From Epiperipatus broadwayi (taxonomy: Eukaryota > Animalia > Onychophora), in NCBI GenBank assembly GCA_028023455.1, contig JAQFVV010000003.1, positions 21,576,001 through 21,640,000 of the forward strand: a DNA stretch of 64,000 nucleotides. The letters are read 5' to 3'. The notes beneath the pieces are model-generated. The model saw only the letters and a program-made list of their open reading frames with translations, made no database searches and was not told the DNA's origin. The position numbers and the translations under genes are program-made. Positions 1 through 13,702 of the stretch are shown in pieces. Each line of letters opens with the position of its first letter. Within the stretch, counting starts at the first letter, position 1.

Positions 1-2404
1 ACATTTTGTTATATTCTGGTAGACCTTCTTTTACATACTATAAAGTACAAATTAATCAAACTAAAGTGAAGAAAAATATCTTGTTCCTATTTCCAAAAAC
101 ATAGATATATTTCCTGATTAACTGACCTACCAATTATTATGACCTATGCTGCCAGTGGAATCAGCTTTTTATTTATTTTAATAAGGGCACTAGACTTCTA
201 CAAGAATTTGCTGAGCCATTGGGTTGCATCGCATCATAAATTAAGAAGAAAATAATTTAAAGGATCAGGATTATGATTTCCCATAACTTTATTTTTTTAG
301 AGAATATTACTCTTGGGGCTTAACTTCTAACAAATCTATTGGCAGAGGAAATTTACATATAATAGATTATAAATAAACTAACAATAATAACACATGATAA
401 AAAGTTGATAAAAGTAAAATATTTTATTCAAACAAATTAAAATATTTAAAAGATAAATTACTAATAAATTGGAAAGTCTACACACATGCTAATCCAGACA
501 TTAATCAACTAACTAAAACAGTTTAACAATTAAAGTTCACATCTTAAGTTTCTTTCAGAAAGTTCTTTGAATGATAATTCTGCAAATATCTCTATTAGTA
601 GTATATTATAAATTTATAATAAGGATTGTTTGCAAACATTTAATTTAGTCACAATCAGGATATGAATAATCTTACCGGTAAGTTTTGTAGTATGCATTTT
701 GAAGAACCCATTGAAATTAATTTCTATTGACATTTTTGTATGTTCTTGCCCCATCCTAATGCTAGACTAGATGGTTTTGTGACCTATATGACAAAAGGTA
801 TCTGTAAATGCATCGGTTCCATTCCGCATGATGATTCACCTTAGCATATGAGAGTGGTAATTCTGCATATGAGTAGTCTGGGATAGGACATTTTCTCTAT
901 TCCAGACCTAATGGAAACTGCTAGTTAAGGAAAAGACAAAGACCCAGTTTGAAGTTTTTCTGACCTTTTATATTCACAATCAATTTTTAAACTTCTCTGC
1001 ATATCTATTTTCTTTTATACTTTTATCAGAATACAAGATAATAACCTTGTACATTCTTTCTTAAATTTAAGTTACAAAGTCTTTTATTTTTTCAACATAA
1101 TTCTGCCATCTTTAATTAGCTTGCAAAAAGATTTTACTGATTGTAATCTTTTATTTCGGAATTTCTTTCTTTTTATTTATCTGGATTAGTAATCTGCATG
1201 TCTTTTTTTTTTATTCTTTCAAATTTTTAACTTTAATTAAATTACAGATAAATATTTTGAAACAAAAAAAATCAACTCTCACTGTACATTTAAAAAAAAA
1301 TTATATTAAGCAAATTGCGTCTTTTGCGTGATCTTTAAATTCTATTTTTTTTTAGCTTTAAGTATTCTCAAATGCCAATATATTTGGACCATCTATTTGT
1401 AGATGGTACAATGTATATGTTACACAAAATTGTTTAATTTATGCAGGATATTGTTATGGACTCATTTTAAGTTACTTTTCATAACAGGCTTAACTAAACT
1501 ATGAAGTTCTGAAGATGAGATTTAGTATATGATTTTTAAAAAATGTGTGGAAATGTGGATGTTTAATATATTTATATTATATCTGACCAATGAAATAAAC
1601 ATAGATCAGTCACATAACTAGGTCAGTAAATCCAATTGTTCCCAATGAGTTGTGTTAACTGACTATATAATGGAGATCCATTTAAGACAGCATCAAGCAA
1701 CAAAATAAGATTATTGTGTCATGTTTAAAACAGTAATTTATGACTGTATTTACTCTACCAGTAATATGTATGATTCACTATTTTCTAGAAAGCAGTTAGA
1801 CAGGCTCAAACCTAGAACATGGAGCTTCTAGCATTAAATATTATCACACTTTTGGAGACACAGCAATTCTTTAAACCCCTGGTTGTTATTGTTAATAATT
1901 ATGCATATGTAATCCAACCTAATGTGAACTCTTTTAACTACTGTAAATATGTTATTTACAGATGCAATAAATATTTTGAAATTACTTTACTTGTATCTAA
2001 TTTATGTATCAGATAGAGAACATTTTTTCTTGAAGTAAAATATATATAATCACAAACAAAGACTTGGTTCAATCTTTGGTTGATTATTTCTATCCAATAT
2101 TGACAGCTTTTAAAGTTAGATAGTATTTAAATTGTATTTATAATATTTACTGCTAGATTTCTCATACTCTTTTTTACTTTAACCTTCATTCTGCCTTCAA
2201 GAAAACTCAACCGATTTTTCAGTTAACAGCTATCAGGCAACTAAGAAGAAAGATCATGGTGTTTTTTTTAACTTAAACTTAGAGATAAAAATCCAACTAA
2301 CTCACCATGATAGCTAATGCATGTTAGTGAGAATCTCATCCATGTTTGTACACTATAGGAATAATGGCATAGTAATAATAGCTGTAACAAAAAAACATAT
2401 GGGA

Positions 2405-2480
2405 TGGACATTAAGAAAATTGAACTTGGAGAGATCTTTATCCTGTAGTGAATTGATAATGATTGAAAATATGATTATGA
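2405..2480 (+). mobile_element. RTE-clade LINE 3' tail fragment
   Basis: The sequence aacttggagagatctttatcctgtagtgaattgataatgattg matches the 3' end of the RTE copy at 38645-38917. Confidence 0.6.
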
Positions 2481-2559
2481 TCTCATATTCTTTATAAATT
2501 ATTTATATCACTTATCTATTTAATTTATATTTTATGTTCTTTTACTAAGTTAAAATGTA

Positions 2560-3780
2560 AAACAGATCATTGCAGACAGATTACAAAATGAATTGATGTA
2601 CAGATTATTAAAATCATTTTTCTATTAAAGAAAACAATTTAACTTATATCTCTACTCAAGATGATGCAACAATAGATGTTTTTCCATTCTTGCCTATTCT
2701 TTGGCTCCAAATCTGGATCAAATAAATTTGAAATTTTTATAAACAAGCTAAGGACATGTATTTCAGATAACCAATAAATAGATAATCTATCTAACCATTC
2801 AGTATTAGGTCAATGAGTATCTAGTTATTTCTAACAAAAATATAAAAAATAAAAATGGAAAAATCTCTAATCCTTACCCCTCAAATATTGAAGAACCCGA
2901 TGAGTGCTTCTTTTTCATTGTTTCTGTATGGAGAGGAGGAATATAGAATCTCTATTTTATCTAATACTACTTATTTTATTATATAAACTATCCAAAAATC
3001 TATTTCTTTATTTTTAATATATTCAAATATTGATTTAAATTTATAATTAATAAATTTTTAGCAGAATCAATTCAGAATTAGTACTTTAATATAATTTGTA
3101 AACTTACTTTGTAGTAACATATAAATATCTGCTTTTCTCACTGCAAATGTTTTTTAAAAAGTATTGTGAAGATTTAACTCTATAATAATTTGAGGGTTTT
3201 TTTTGGTAATCTTATCTATGATTTCCAATTTGCCAAAAATATATAGTGCCATAATGTATCCAGAAGGAATCTTATATTTTCACATATTAACAGCAATCTC
3301 CATATTTTCTTTTCTCATTGATGCAAAACTTATGCATAGCAATGCAATCATAAGCAATTTATGCAACAATTTTATTAATATTCTTCAGCTCTGTATTAAA
3401 AATAAATAGTGTTTATTTTTTTTCATCATCTAATAAATCATCTTCATTTTGAAGAGGTATATCTTCCTATTAAAACCTAGATTCTCAAATGTCCATGAAA
3501 TTACAAATTCACCTGCTTTATTCCTTATGTAATACAAGCCCTTTCAGCAAATTTTTTCTTTAATCATAATTTTCTGCAATCTTTTTGATGCTGCTACTGA
3601 TTGATGTTGTTCTACAACTATATTATTGCCATTTTCTTTTATCAGATATTAAGATTTTTTTCTTAGGTTTACATCTCTATCAGTATAGTTCTGGAAAAGT
3701 CTATACCATCAGCCTTTTCATTAGAAAACTATCATTTATAAAATTTTCATTCAGATCATCAGTCCACTATTTTTGAGCCT
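2560..3780 (-). mobile_element. Highly decayed non-LTR (RTE-like) RT relic
   Basis: The minus strand gives broken motifs resembling the RTE pre-RT and RT regions (ENGNNIVVEQ, RDSIFLL, CIILS..IFNNLY), with many stops and frameshifts. Confidence 0.35.
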
Positions 3781-4003
3781 AAAAAAATATTATTTTAGCA
3801 GTCTCAACTTTTTTTTATCTCACTTTAAATTCATTTACATAAAATACATGCCTCTTTTCTGGATTACTATTATATTAATTATTCATCTATTTATTGCTAT
3901 CATTTATAAATGTAATTCTGATATGGATCAAAATTAGTCTTAACTCTGGAAAATATTTCATCATTGGTTGATTTACTTTTTTTTTCCAATTTTTTTACAA
4001 ACA

Positions 4004-4372
<369 letters not shown>

Positions 4373-4401
4373 TTCAATGATAAGCTTTATTTATCTTAGA
4401 A

Positions 4402-4790
4402 CATTACAAGGGTTTTACACAACTTAGATTGTTGTGGTTAAATTGGCAATCCATAGATGTAGATTTAGTATATAAAAGTTGATTTATTGATTTACACAAG
4501 ATTACAAGAATTTTTACATGTTATGGATTAGTTACAAGGGTTTTATATAGCTTGGATTGCTGTGGTTTCATTAGCAATCTGTAGTTGTAGGTTTACATAT
4601 GTGAAAATTGATTGATTGATTTACTCAGGACTGGAGGAATTTTTACAAACAGTGGATTAATTACAAAAGGTTTACATAGCTTGGATTGCCGTGGTTACCA
4701 TTGGCAATCTGTAGTTGTAGATTTATATATATAAAAGTTGAGTTATTGATTTACACAAGATTATGTGAATTTTACATGCTCTGGATTTCT
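4402..4790. repeat. Three diverged tandem units of about 129 bp
   Basis: A ttacaaggg/ttacaaaagg anchor recurs at 4404, 4532 and 4661; the units share ggattg..gtggtt..gcaatc..tag.tgtag.ttt. Confidence 0.9.
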
Positions 4791-5464
4791 GTATTTATAC
4801 ATGCAAACCAGGTTTAGTTTTATAGGTGGTTGAGTTGCTTGAGTAACATATGTGATGGGTTAGTGATTCTCATGGAGTGTGGCAATTGTTTGTGATGTTT
4901 GCAGACACTGTTATTAAATCAGTGTATTATTTTTGACTCTTTAGGGTACAGATTTTTTTGGATAATCAGGTTTTCTCTTGGTTTCATTGGGAATACATTG
5001 GTATGGGTAGGAGGTATGGTGGGATTTGTGTTTATATATTGTTGAAAAGCTTCTATTAACTATGCTATGCTTGTTTTCTAGTGCATTTGAATAGATGAGT
5101 ATTTCAGAGGGGTGTGGAGATACAGCTATATTAAAATTGTTTGTAATTGTTGAATTGGATAGGTTGGTCAAACTCTGGATCTAGCTGTGTTAGAGATGGA
5201 GACTGGATAAGGCTTTTGATGGGATTTAAATATGAGATCTATAGGTAGAGGACCCAGATTTCCAGAGGAGGGTGGCTGCTGTGTTAGAATTATTTGCAAT
5301 TGATGAGTTGGAGTTTGTAATAGGATGATCAGACTCTGAATCTGGTGGTGTTAGAGGTGAGGCTAATGTAGTTTAAGTATGAGATTCATAGATAGAAGGT
5401 TGACATAGAGAGACATGATAAAAGCTGAGGAGGTGGTTAGGTTTGGCATTGGAAATGTCATGTT

Positions 5465-6058
5465 TTTTAAAAAATTATCGTTAGTAACTTGATTTAAAAT
5501 GAAAATACAAAGAAATACATAACCCAAAATAGGAAACAAATTATCAGCTGATTGGAAATTGAAAAAAATATTTAACTTTAGTTTTTTTAACTTGTTATCT
5601 TAAGGTTTTGAGTACTTTATAAGCGTAAAAAAACAGAACTTGTTGACTTAGTAATGAGCAAGTGAATTGATTGCTGGGGAACTTTAGATTGAATTTTTAT
5701 TACTAAATAAATATCATACTTTACTACAATAACATTAAAAATAAGAAGCATATGCTTGACAGATCTTTGGACTTTGAAACATTGCGCTAGTATTTACAGT
5801 CGAAACACTCGTTATGTGATGGCTTCTTCTTTTTTAAATTATCGTTAAGTAACTAGATTTTAATTGAAAATTTGAATAAAAATATAAAACAAAATTATAA
5901 GTTATCAGCTGATTAGAAATTGAAAAAAATATATGAAGGTAGTTTTTTTTCTCTGTTAGAGTAAGATTTTGAATACTTTTTAAGGATAAAGAAACATAGC
6001 TTGATAACTGTTTTCAAGCAAGTGAACTGTTTCCTGAGAACTTGAAACTGAATTTTCT
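5465..6058. repeat. Two diverged direct units of about 230 bp (5465-5700 and 5830-6058)
   Basis: Shared aaattatcgtta.gtaact, ttatcagctgatt.gaaattgaaaaaaatat and agcaagtgaa. Confidence 0.85.
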
Positions 6059-6589
6059 TTTGTTTCCAAACAAAAATTGGAAATTATTACAACTGATTAA
6101 TACCACAATTATCTATAATTTCATTTTAAATCAGAGCTGTCTGCTACATTTATCAATGCATTAGTTCTAGCTTTGAATTTGAAGCCTTCACTTATGAAGC
6201 TATAAATCAGAAATCATCCTGGAGATGGGAATGTAATAGTATTATAATCTAATATCTACTTATTGCTCAAATATACAGTAGATGACTCTGGGATAGAGTG
6301 AATTGCTTTTTGAAACCTAGCAAAGATTTCATGAATATTAGATTGGAACATATATTTTGGATTAAACCATGTTTGCATTAAGCTTGTGTTAGTCTTAGCA
6401 TTATATCAATATTTTGGCTGGTATTCACCAGTGATCATCTATGTTGTAGAAGTCAATCAAAGAAGATGCAAAACCAAAAATTAGAAAATCATGTCATGTT
6501 GTTAACTGTAAAATAAGTATGGAAAAAAATTGAATTAAAATTAAAATTATAATGAATTTATTTTATGCTTCTAAGATATATTGGCTTTA

Positions 6590-6944
6590 AATATAGTTTA
6601 TCCAAACTACTTTGAACACTTTTTGGCAAAACTCTTTATTTTCCCATATATCCTGCAGTCTTCTTCAGAGTTAGTTCAATTTAATCTCTTTTTGAAGAGA
6701 TTAAAGTGAACTGGCTTTGAAGAAGACAGCAGGATAGTTGAAACCTAGGTGTATGTATATATGTACAAATAAAGAGTTTTAGATTAAAATGAACTGGTTC
6801 TGAAGAAGACTGCAGGATAGTCGAAATCTAGATGTATGTATATATGTACAAATAAAGAGTTTTACTAAAAAGTGTTCAAAGTGGTTTGGATGAATTGTAT
6901 TTATAGGATACTACAGCAAAATAAAGAAAAGTTTGAATTTGGTA
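6590..6944. mobile_element. Fold-back PLE-like short element with an internal 83-bp tandem duplication, flanked by a 14-bp direct repeat
   Basis: The left arm (tccaaactactttgaacactttt..tatcctgcagtcttcttcag) is the reverse complement of the right part. atatattggcttta occurs at 6576-6589 and 6945-6958. Confidence 0.75.
6800..6833 (+). ncRNA. Hammerhead-like core, family C: CUGAAGA-A-GACU/AGUC-GAAA-UCUAGAU; second degenerate copy at 6717-6750
   Basis: Core nucleotides, a 4-bp stem II and a palindromic stem III are present. No clear stem I, and G occupies position 17. Confidence 0.5.
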
Positions 6945-7366
6945 ATATATTGGCTTTAGATAATCAAAAAAAATATTTAATATTACCAAAGCATAAGTTA
7001 ATTAAAAGTATTATATTTTTGTATTATGTACAATAGAACCTTAATATCCATTATATTTTGTTCCAAGACTTCCTTGCATACATTATTGTTGTGTTTATTA
7101 AGTCATGTTTTGTTGATAAACTTTGATTGTAATAAAATATGTATTGCTCATTGAACTTCAAATATATGGCACTTTCCAATACACACATATATAATACAGA
7201 TGCTTTTGTATAGGCATAGTATGTGTATATAGATTAAAATTATAGTATAAACAAAACTAAAAATATTAATAAAGTAATTATTAATAAGAAATTAAAAGGC
7301 ATACATTTTAATATATTTTATTTAATGTCTGATCACTTATTCATATTCACTTAAACAATAAAAATT

Positions 7367-7470
7367 AGTCAAGCATTGGTGGTCGAGAGGTCAGCGATGG
7401 CTGCTTTACAAGTAGTTGTCCCGGGTTAGCGGGTTTGCTTCCCAGCTAATGCTATGATGCATGAGAAAAA
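7367..7470 (+). mobile_element. tRNA-Gly(TCC)-derived SINE with 14-bp TSD
   Basis: gcattggtgg A-box, degenerate B-box, A tail; TSD aaacaataaaaatt at 7353-7366 and 7471-7484. Confidence 0.8.
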
Positions 7471-7792
7471 AAACAATAAAAATTTTAAAAAACTTACTGT
7501 GATATATTTTTATTTTTAAAATAAAATGAATAGCAAAGTGTCCAACTTTCATCATAAAGCTTTGGGTAATATTCTTTTTTTCAATAACTTTTTTTTCTAT
7601 TGAAACATAAAATAACTGTCTCATTTTCAAATTGATTTTATAAATGCCCTTAAATTTTATAAAACTTTTAGCATTACACTTAGAAAGCATTTTTGAACAT
7701 CAAATTCAGAAAGGATATAAAGAAAGAATAAAATATATGTACTTTTAACAAAAATCAAAACACTATATTAATAGACATGATCATGCACAGCA

Positions 7793-8113
7793 CTTTCACA
7801 GAAGCAAAACTCTCCATACAGTAGTGCCACTCAGTGCAAGCCAGAGTAATTAATGGATGCAGGAAGGTTTATGCATTAAATCCCTATCTAGTGCCTACTC
7901 ATCCAATATCCCCAGACAAGGTCTAGCTTGTGGCTTTCATCAATGAGGAGCTTTGAATCTGAGAACACTGCACCAAGATCTTAGGAACCAATGCAACCCT
8001 CCGACAGTCATCTTTTACTTTTTAGTTAACTATAAAGCTTTGAGTCCAAAATTGTATCTGTAAAAACAGCTTGTAAAAGCATAAAGAATGGTGATCATGT
8101 GATATTTGATGGT
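7793..8113 (-). mobile_element. Family A PLE/retrozyme-like repeat with an inverted terminal piece and a degenerate hammerhead at about 7910-7950
   Basis: Reverse complement of 48620-48830; 8050-8110 is the family end in the opposite orientation; tcatgcacagca at 7781-7792 and 8114-8125. Confidence 0.8.
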
Positions 8114-10199
8114 TCATGCACAGCATTCTGAAATTTAAAAAATGGGTTGCTATCTTAATGTAAAATTTATTGAATTTAAAAATTTTGATGTTTTTTTCCA
8201 AAATATAATCACGTTGGCACTCCAATATCAAATGTTTTTCTTGTCATTTATTTGTTTGTTTTTTTAATTTATTTATATTTTTATATAGCAGCTTCACTGT
8301 ATTCTAATAACATTATAATAGACGCATCATATCAGCTGATTCATTATCTGCTATTTCAGTTATATGCTATGAATTTAAATAAAATTACAGTTCAGTGGTA
8401 GCTACTGTTTAACATTTACTATTTTAATTACATACTATCTAAAAATTCTAATAATAATAATAACAATAATAGATAACCAAAAAATAAAACTATTAAAATG
8501 TATAAATTAAATTTAAAAATGTAAGTTTTATGCTTTCATAAATGATTTCCAATAGACATCATAACTATTTTTTATCTTACAGCAAACTCCACATTAATTT
8601 TATATTTTTACATACATTTTGCATTCATTTTATTACAGAAATTTAAGTCAGAATGAATTTCTTCATCTTTTTTTTTCAAAATTGATAATTTTATTTAAAA
8701 TGGCTTGAAAGTATAGAGTTAATGACCATAGCAATTCTGCCATGTTTAGAAAAATTTGTGATTTTTTTTTTGTAAATATTAAATAAAATTATTAATTATT
8801 ATTGTAAAATAAAAAATTATTCATTTGTAAAATGAAAAAAATCAAATTTAATAGGATTTTAAAAAGATTTATTAACAAAAAAATACTGGTTTATTATTAT
8901 CACTACTATTTTTTGAAGAAGTTTCGATATGTATGCACAATATGCTATTGATTCAGATTTATTATTTTAGATTTTTTATCTGTATTATTCTACTTTTTTT
9001 AAATTATTTTTATTGATAATTTTAATTTGTATATGTATTATACATATGTGTATTGTGACAATTTATTTTGATTAGAAAATAAATATGGGTACAATCTAAT
9101 ATCTAAATTTTTTATTGTAATTCTAAAGTTTTGCCTGGTGTTAGTTTCATTGACTTAATAATTCTGTATAATTGCATTTTTATTCAAGAATATATCAATA
9201 CTTAGGTAGCTATCTATCCAACCTCTGATTTTTAAAACTAAAGTCTAACTTTCTTAAACTTATTTCTTATTAAACTCCTATTAAAAAAATAAATAAATAG
9301 GTTTTTTTTTTCTTTTTTTTTTTTTTTTTGTTACTATTCAAAGTTAAGTAACTTTAATTTCAAATATCTTAATTAACAAATAATTTTATTTATCTAAATC
9401 ATTTCTGGTGCAAATATTCTAGATTCCCATCAATTGTAATAACCCCTTCTGTTAAATTTGCCCTAATTTGAATCACATATTACTCTCAAAGGAGTATAAA
9501 AAAGACAGTTTTGAAAGCATAGTGGTCACCTCTTCATTAGCAGTATAAATTGGTCACACTAATATTATTTTGCTTGCTGAATTCTACAACCAATTTTATT
9601 ATATTTTAAGTGTTTTGGAATACAAGATAATATGTACTGTTAAATTTATTTTTCAAACAACTTCTTCCAAGTTCTCTCTAAATTTCTTCAAATGGAGAAA
9701 AAGAAAACAACTTTTCTGGTGGAAAAAAAAACTGAAATTTTGATGATGCAATATGATGTATTATATTGTCTTGTGAACTTTTTCAGTTGCATTCAGTCTT
9801 ATTATAATGATTTATCTAAAATTATAAACTTATTGCACTATTATGCCATGAACTATATTGATTTTATTTGATGAATCTATAAACAATGTATCTATAGTTC
9901 ATTATAAAATATAATTAAGATTTTGCACTTATTATGACTTGCTTGTTTTACATTGTATTTGAATATATGGTTTGCTTTATAGTACTTTATTATGGAAAAT
10001 AATTACATTTATATATACGTAATAGTTTATAATGAACTTGTCATATTTATATGCCTGCTCTGATATATATAATTGCAACCTCTTTAATATGTTTCAAAGC
10101 ATACTTTATTGATTAAAAAACAATGATTACATAGGTAAGATTGGACTTACACAATAAGCATAAGTCTGTTCCTGTGTCTAAACAGTTCTGTTGGGCATA

Positions 10200-12990
10200 C
10201 ATTTATTTGTTCACATATATATAGGAGAGAAAAAGCTTTCTCTTGAGTTCTTTATGTTGTGTTTTTGCTACTCTTAAGGCATCAAAAGTTGCCTGAATTC
10301 AGCTTGTCTAATTTTGTTTTATAAATACATTATGTTGATGGACCCCATCATGTGTGTCCTGCTGGTTTTGGTGTATTGTGTTCTTTTTTTTAGCTGTTAT
10401 TTTTTATCTCTTTTGCTGATTTTCAACTATAGTGCTGATTTTAATTTAAACAATGACCAAGTTGCAGCAAAAATATCTGGTGGTGCTAGCATGTTATCTC
10501 TTTCTTTTATTTTTTCTAGCTTGTGGTGGAAAGTGTCGAGGTTTGTTTTGCATTGTAGTCAAAATTGAATTTACATCTGGTGTACCAATATGCATACAAG
10601 CTAAATGTCACTGCTCTTATTGTTGGGATTGTATTTTTTTTGTATACCTGGAGAATTTTTGCCATTGTTGTGTCTTTCTGATGGTAGTTATTTATCATTA
10701 TTTGTCTTACCTTTTCCAAGCCCAGACAATCATTTAGTAAATGATGTTGTGTTTCTTCTTCTCTTTGGCACAATCTGCACAGAGGGTCTATTTTCGTAAA
10801 GAACCTTTTAAAATGGATGAAGTGTGATGTAGGCAAGGCATTCAGATTTACTTTGACTATGAAGTCGAAGAATTTAGGCTCCAGGCAGGAATTTTTATAT
10901 TTTTTTAGGAGCTGTGCATTGCTTATTTCAAGGACCATTTTGTTGTTGATATCTTGTTGTGTCTGCTCTATTAGGATATGTATGTGCCAGTATGTGTATT
11001 TACTTGGGTTAGACAGGGTTATTTTGTTCCTTTTATTTCTTATGCTGTCTAAAAGTGTGGCTATATAGTTGTCTTTGGGAGGTGATCAGTCAGTGGGCAT
11101 TATATCTATTATTTTTTGAATATTTGGAAACTTTGTAAATGTTGTAATCAGTAGGTTTATTATTTTTTGTGTGTAAAAAGTTGAAATTGTATGTAGTCCA
11201 AGCCCATTTAGTTTTGTGGGTTGGCTTAATTGCCTCATTGAAATGGCTACCACCTTTTTATTCCAAAGTAGTTTATTGCACATGGAGTTTACTGTTGATA
11301 TAAATTTTTTGGTGAACTTTATCACTGGTAGGTAGTATGTGATTTTTGTCATTATCAGTTGGTTAAAGAGAGCAACCTTTGAGTATAAAGAAAGGTATGA
11401 TTTAGCAAGTGAGTCTGTGATTCTTTCTGTTTGTGTTAAGATTTTGTCTTGTATTGTTCTTCTCATCTGCCCCATTCGCAAATGAAATGGGAAACCCAGA
11501 AACTTATTCAGTTTTCCTTGGTATATTTGTGTGTTGGTTTTCGCAGTAAAAATTGACCACACAGCTGATTTATTAATATTTATTTTCAGATGAAATTTTG
11601 TTGTATAGTCTTCTATTATTTTTTGGAGTGTATGTAGTTGTTTCTTTAAAGTTAGAAAAACCATAACAAAATTCCATGTAGGCTATACAGGGTATGTAAA
11701 TATTGGTGTTTGGTATTTGTATTCTTGTAATTTTTCCTCAATTTTTTTAAGTAGAGGGTTTATGTATAGTGTGAATAGTAGTGTACTTAGTGGAGATCCC
11801 TGGGGGGTGGATTGGTTAGGGTGGAAAGTGGGTGATGTTCTTCCATTTAGCGTAATGTGTATCTCCCTATTTAGGAGTAGGTTGGCTATTGTGTATAAGA
11901 TTGTTCTTGGTATTTTTGTTTTCTTTAAATGATTGATTAGTTTGTTGATGGGGACAGAGTCAAAGGCACTCTCAAAATCCAATTGTACTACTATGGGCCC
12001 ATGTTTTTTTTCTTTTTATTGTTAAATTTACTATTGTTTTAAATATTAGAGCTGCTTGGCTTGTTGAGGCCCTTTTTTAGCATATTGATGTTTCAATATT
12101 ATTGGTAAGATGTAAGGTTCTATCTTTTTTTTTAGTACTTTTTCTAGAATTTTGATTCCCAATGGCTCCATTAAAATGAGTCTTAAATTTGTAATTTCCG
12201 AGATGGATTCTATTTTTTTCATGAAAGGGACCATTGATATCAGGATTAGACCTTGTATGTTATATAATTTTTGTGAAAGTTGATTTGCTAGTTGACATAG
12301 TAATTTATTTGTAAATTGACTTAGATGAGTTAGTACAAATTTTGGGATCCCGGGTGGTCCTGGGTGACAAATGCTTTGTAATGTTGTGAGTATTCTTGCA
12401 AAATCGTCTATTTTATAGGGGGTTTCATTTTCAGGTTTTCCAAAGTAATTTTCTGGGATCTTCCATTGGTTGTTTGTTGTGAGTTTACTTCTGAAGTATT
12501 GAAAGATGGGTTCTATCATGTTATAGCCTGTTATCTCTTTATTTCCTGTTTTAATTGCCATAGGTACTTTGTTAGTTGATGGATATCCTAATGCCCACCT
12601 AATGTAACCATGGGTCCAAGTGTATTGTTCTGTTAAACATATTTTTTTCTTTTTGATGGCAATGTATTGTTTTAATTGGTTACATGTTTGATTGTATAGC
12701 TATGTAAGTTTAACAATGATTTCTTGGTTATTTTTGATTGGTTTTGCTGTTATGATCTTTTTATGTATTTCTTCTGCTAATGTCATGAGTTTTGTTGGTG
12801 GGGTTGTTTTTTGCATCATTTGATTGATATTATAAGATATGGTTTCTGTGAAAGCTATATATTTTGTTATTGGGTCAAGGTCCATTTGATTTAGTTTGTT
12901 TATTGCTATATATATTTCTGAGAAAAAAACTTCCTGTGTATTGATTGGCAGTAGATTATGCATTTATAACTTATCTATTATGATTATAGT
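10200..12990 (-). mobile_element. 5'-truncated, frameshifted L1/Tx1-like non-LTR retrotransposon ORF2 (RT plus CCHC zinc finger)
   Basis: PGPPGIP, NLRLI, DFESAFDSVP, PQGSPLSTLLF, broken AYM-D, KFLGF, LHTIS, NLNALPT, CRLC-x8-H-x4-C and YWYTRC in ORFs from 12963 down to 10516. Confidence 0.93.
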
Positions 12991-13587
12991 CTGCCTATAT
13001 AAAGTATAGAACTTTTTTGTTTGGATGCAACTTTAATAAACGTTTTCATTGTGAGATATATTCAAATTTAAATGATCACCTTAATATTTGCAATGTTACG
13101 CATGACATGCTGATAGAAAGCTCCTATCATTATAAAGTCAACATGATTTTTTATATATATATTTCACAGAAAAATCACTATCCTGCTGTATTATTTTATC
13201 AAATGTGATCTCATTATTATGGGAAATCTCCAATCTTCTAGCACGGATATATATGTGATCATTTGGAATTGTTCTTCAAATGTACTCTTAAATAAGAAAT
13301 GGAATAAATGATCATTAAACAGATAAAACTTTCAATTAGGGAAAATCATTCTATTTGAAGAAAAAGAGAAGACCACTTAAGATTTCTTTTTCACTTTTAT
13401 ATTTTATTATTGTAATGTTTAAAATGTTATGTGCATTTAATATTTGTAATCTCGTTTTATTTTTTCTTTATTTAGGTAATCTAACAGATATAATCATGTA
13501 TTTAAAGGTGATGTATATAAATGATTGTATTCAAAATTGGAAAGGAATAAAAATTCTTATGCTGCTCTTTCACAAAATAATAATCAA

Positions 13588-13702
<115 letters not shown>

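Noticed and set aside
3735-3770. CUGAUGA-UCUGAAU-GAAA on the minus strand
   Set aside because: No stem II pairing and no stem I; it lies in a decayed RT relic and is probably chance.
4402-4790. CRISPR-like array
   Set aside because: The units are whole diverged tandem copies with no constant repeat and unique spacer; the context is eukaryotic and has no cas genes.
10314-11932. Plus-strand hydrophobic ORFs
   Set aside because: They are antisense shadows of the L1/Tx1 ORF2.
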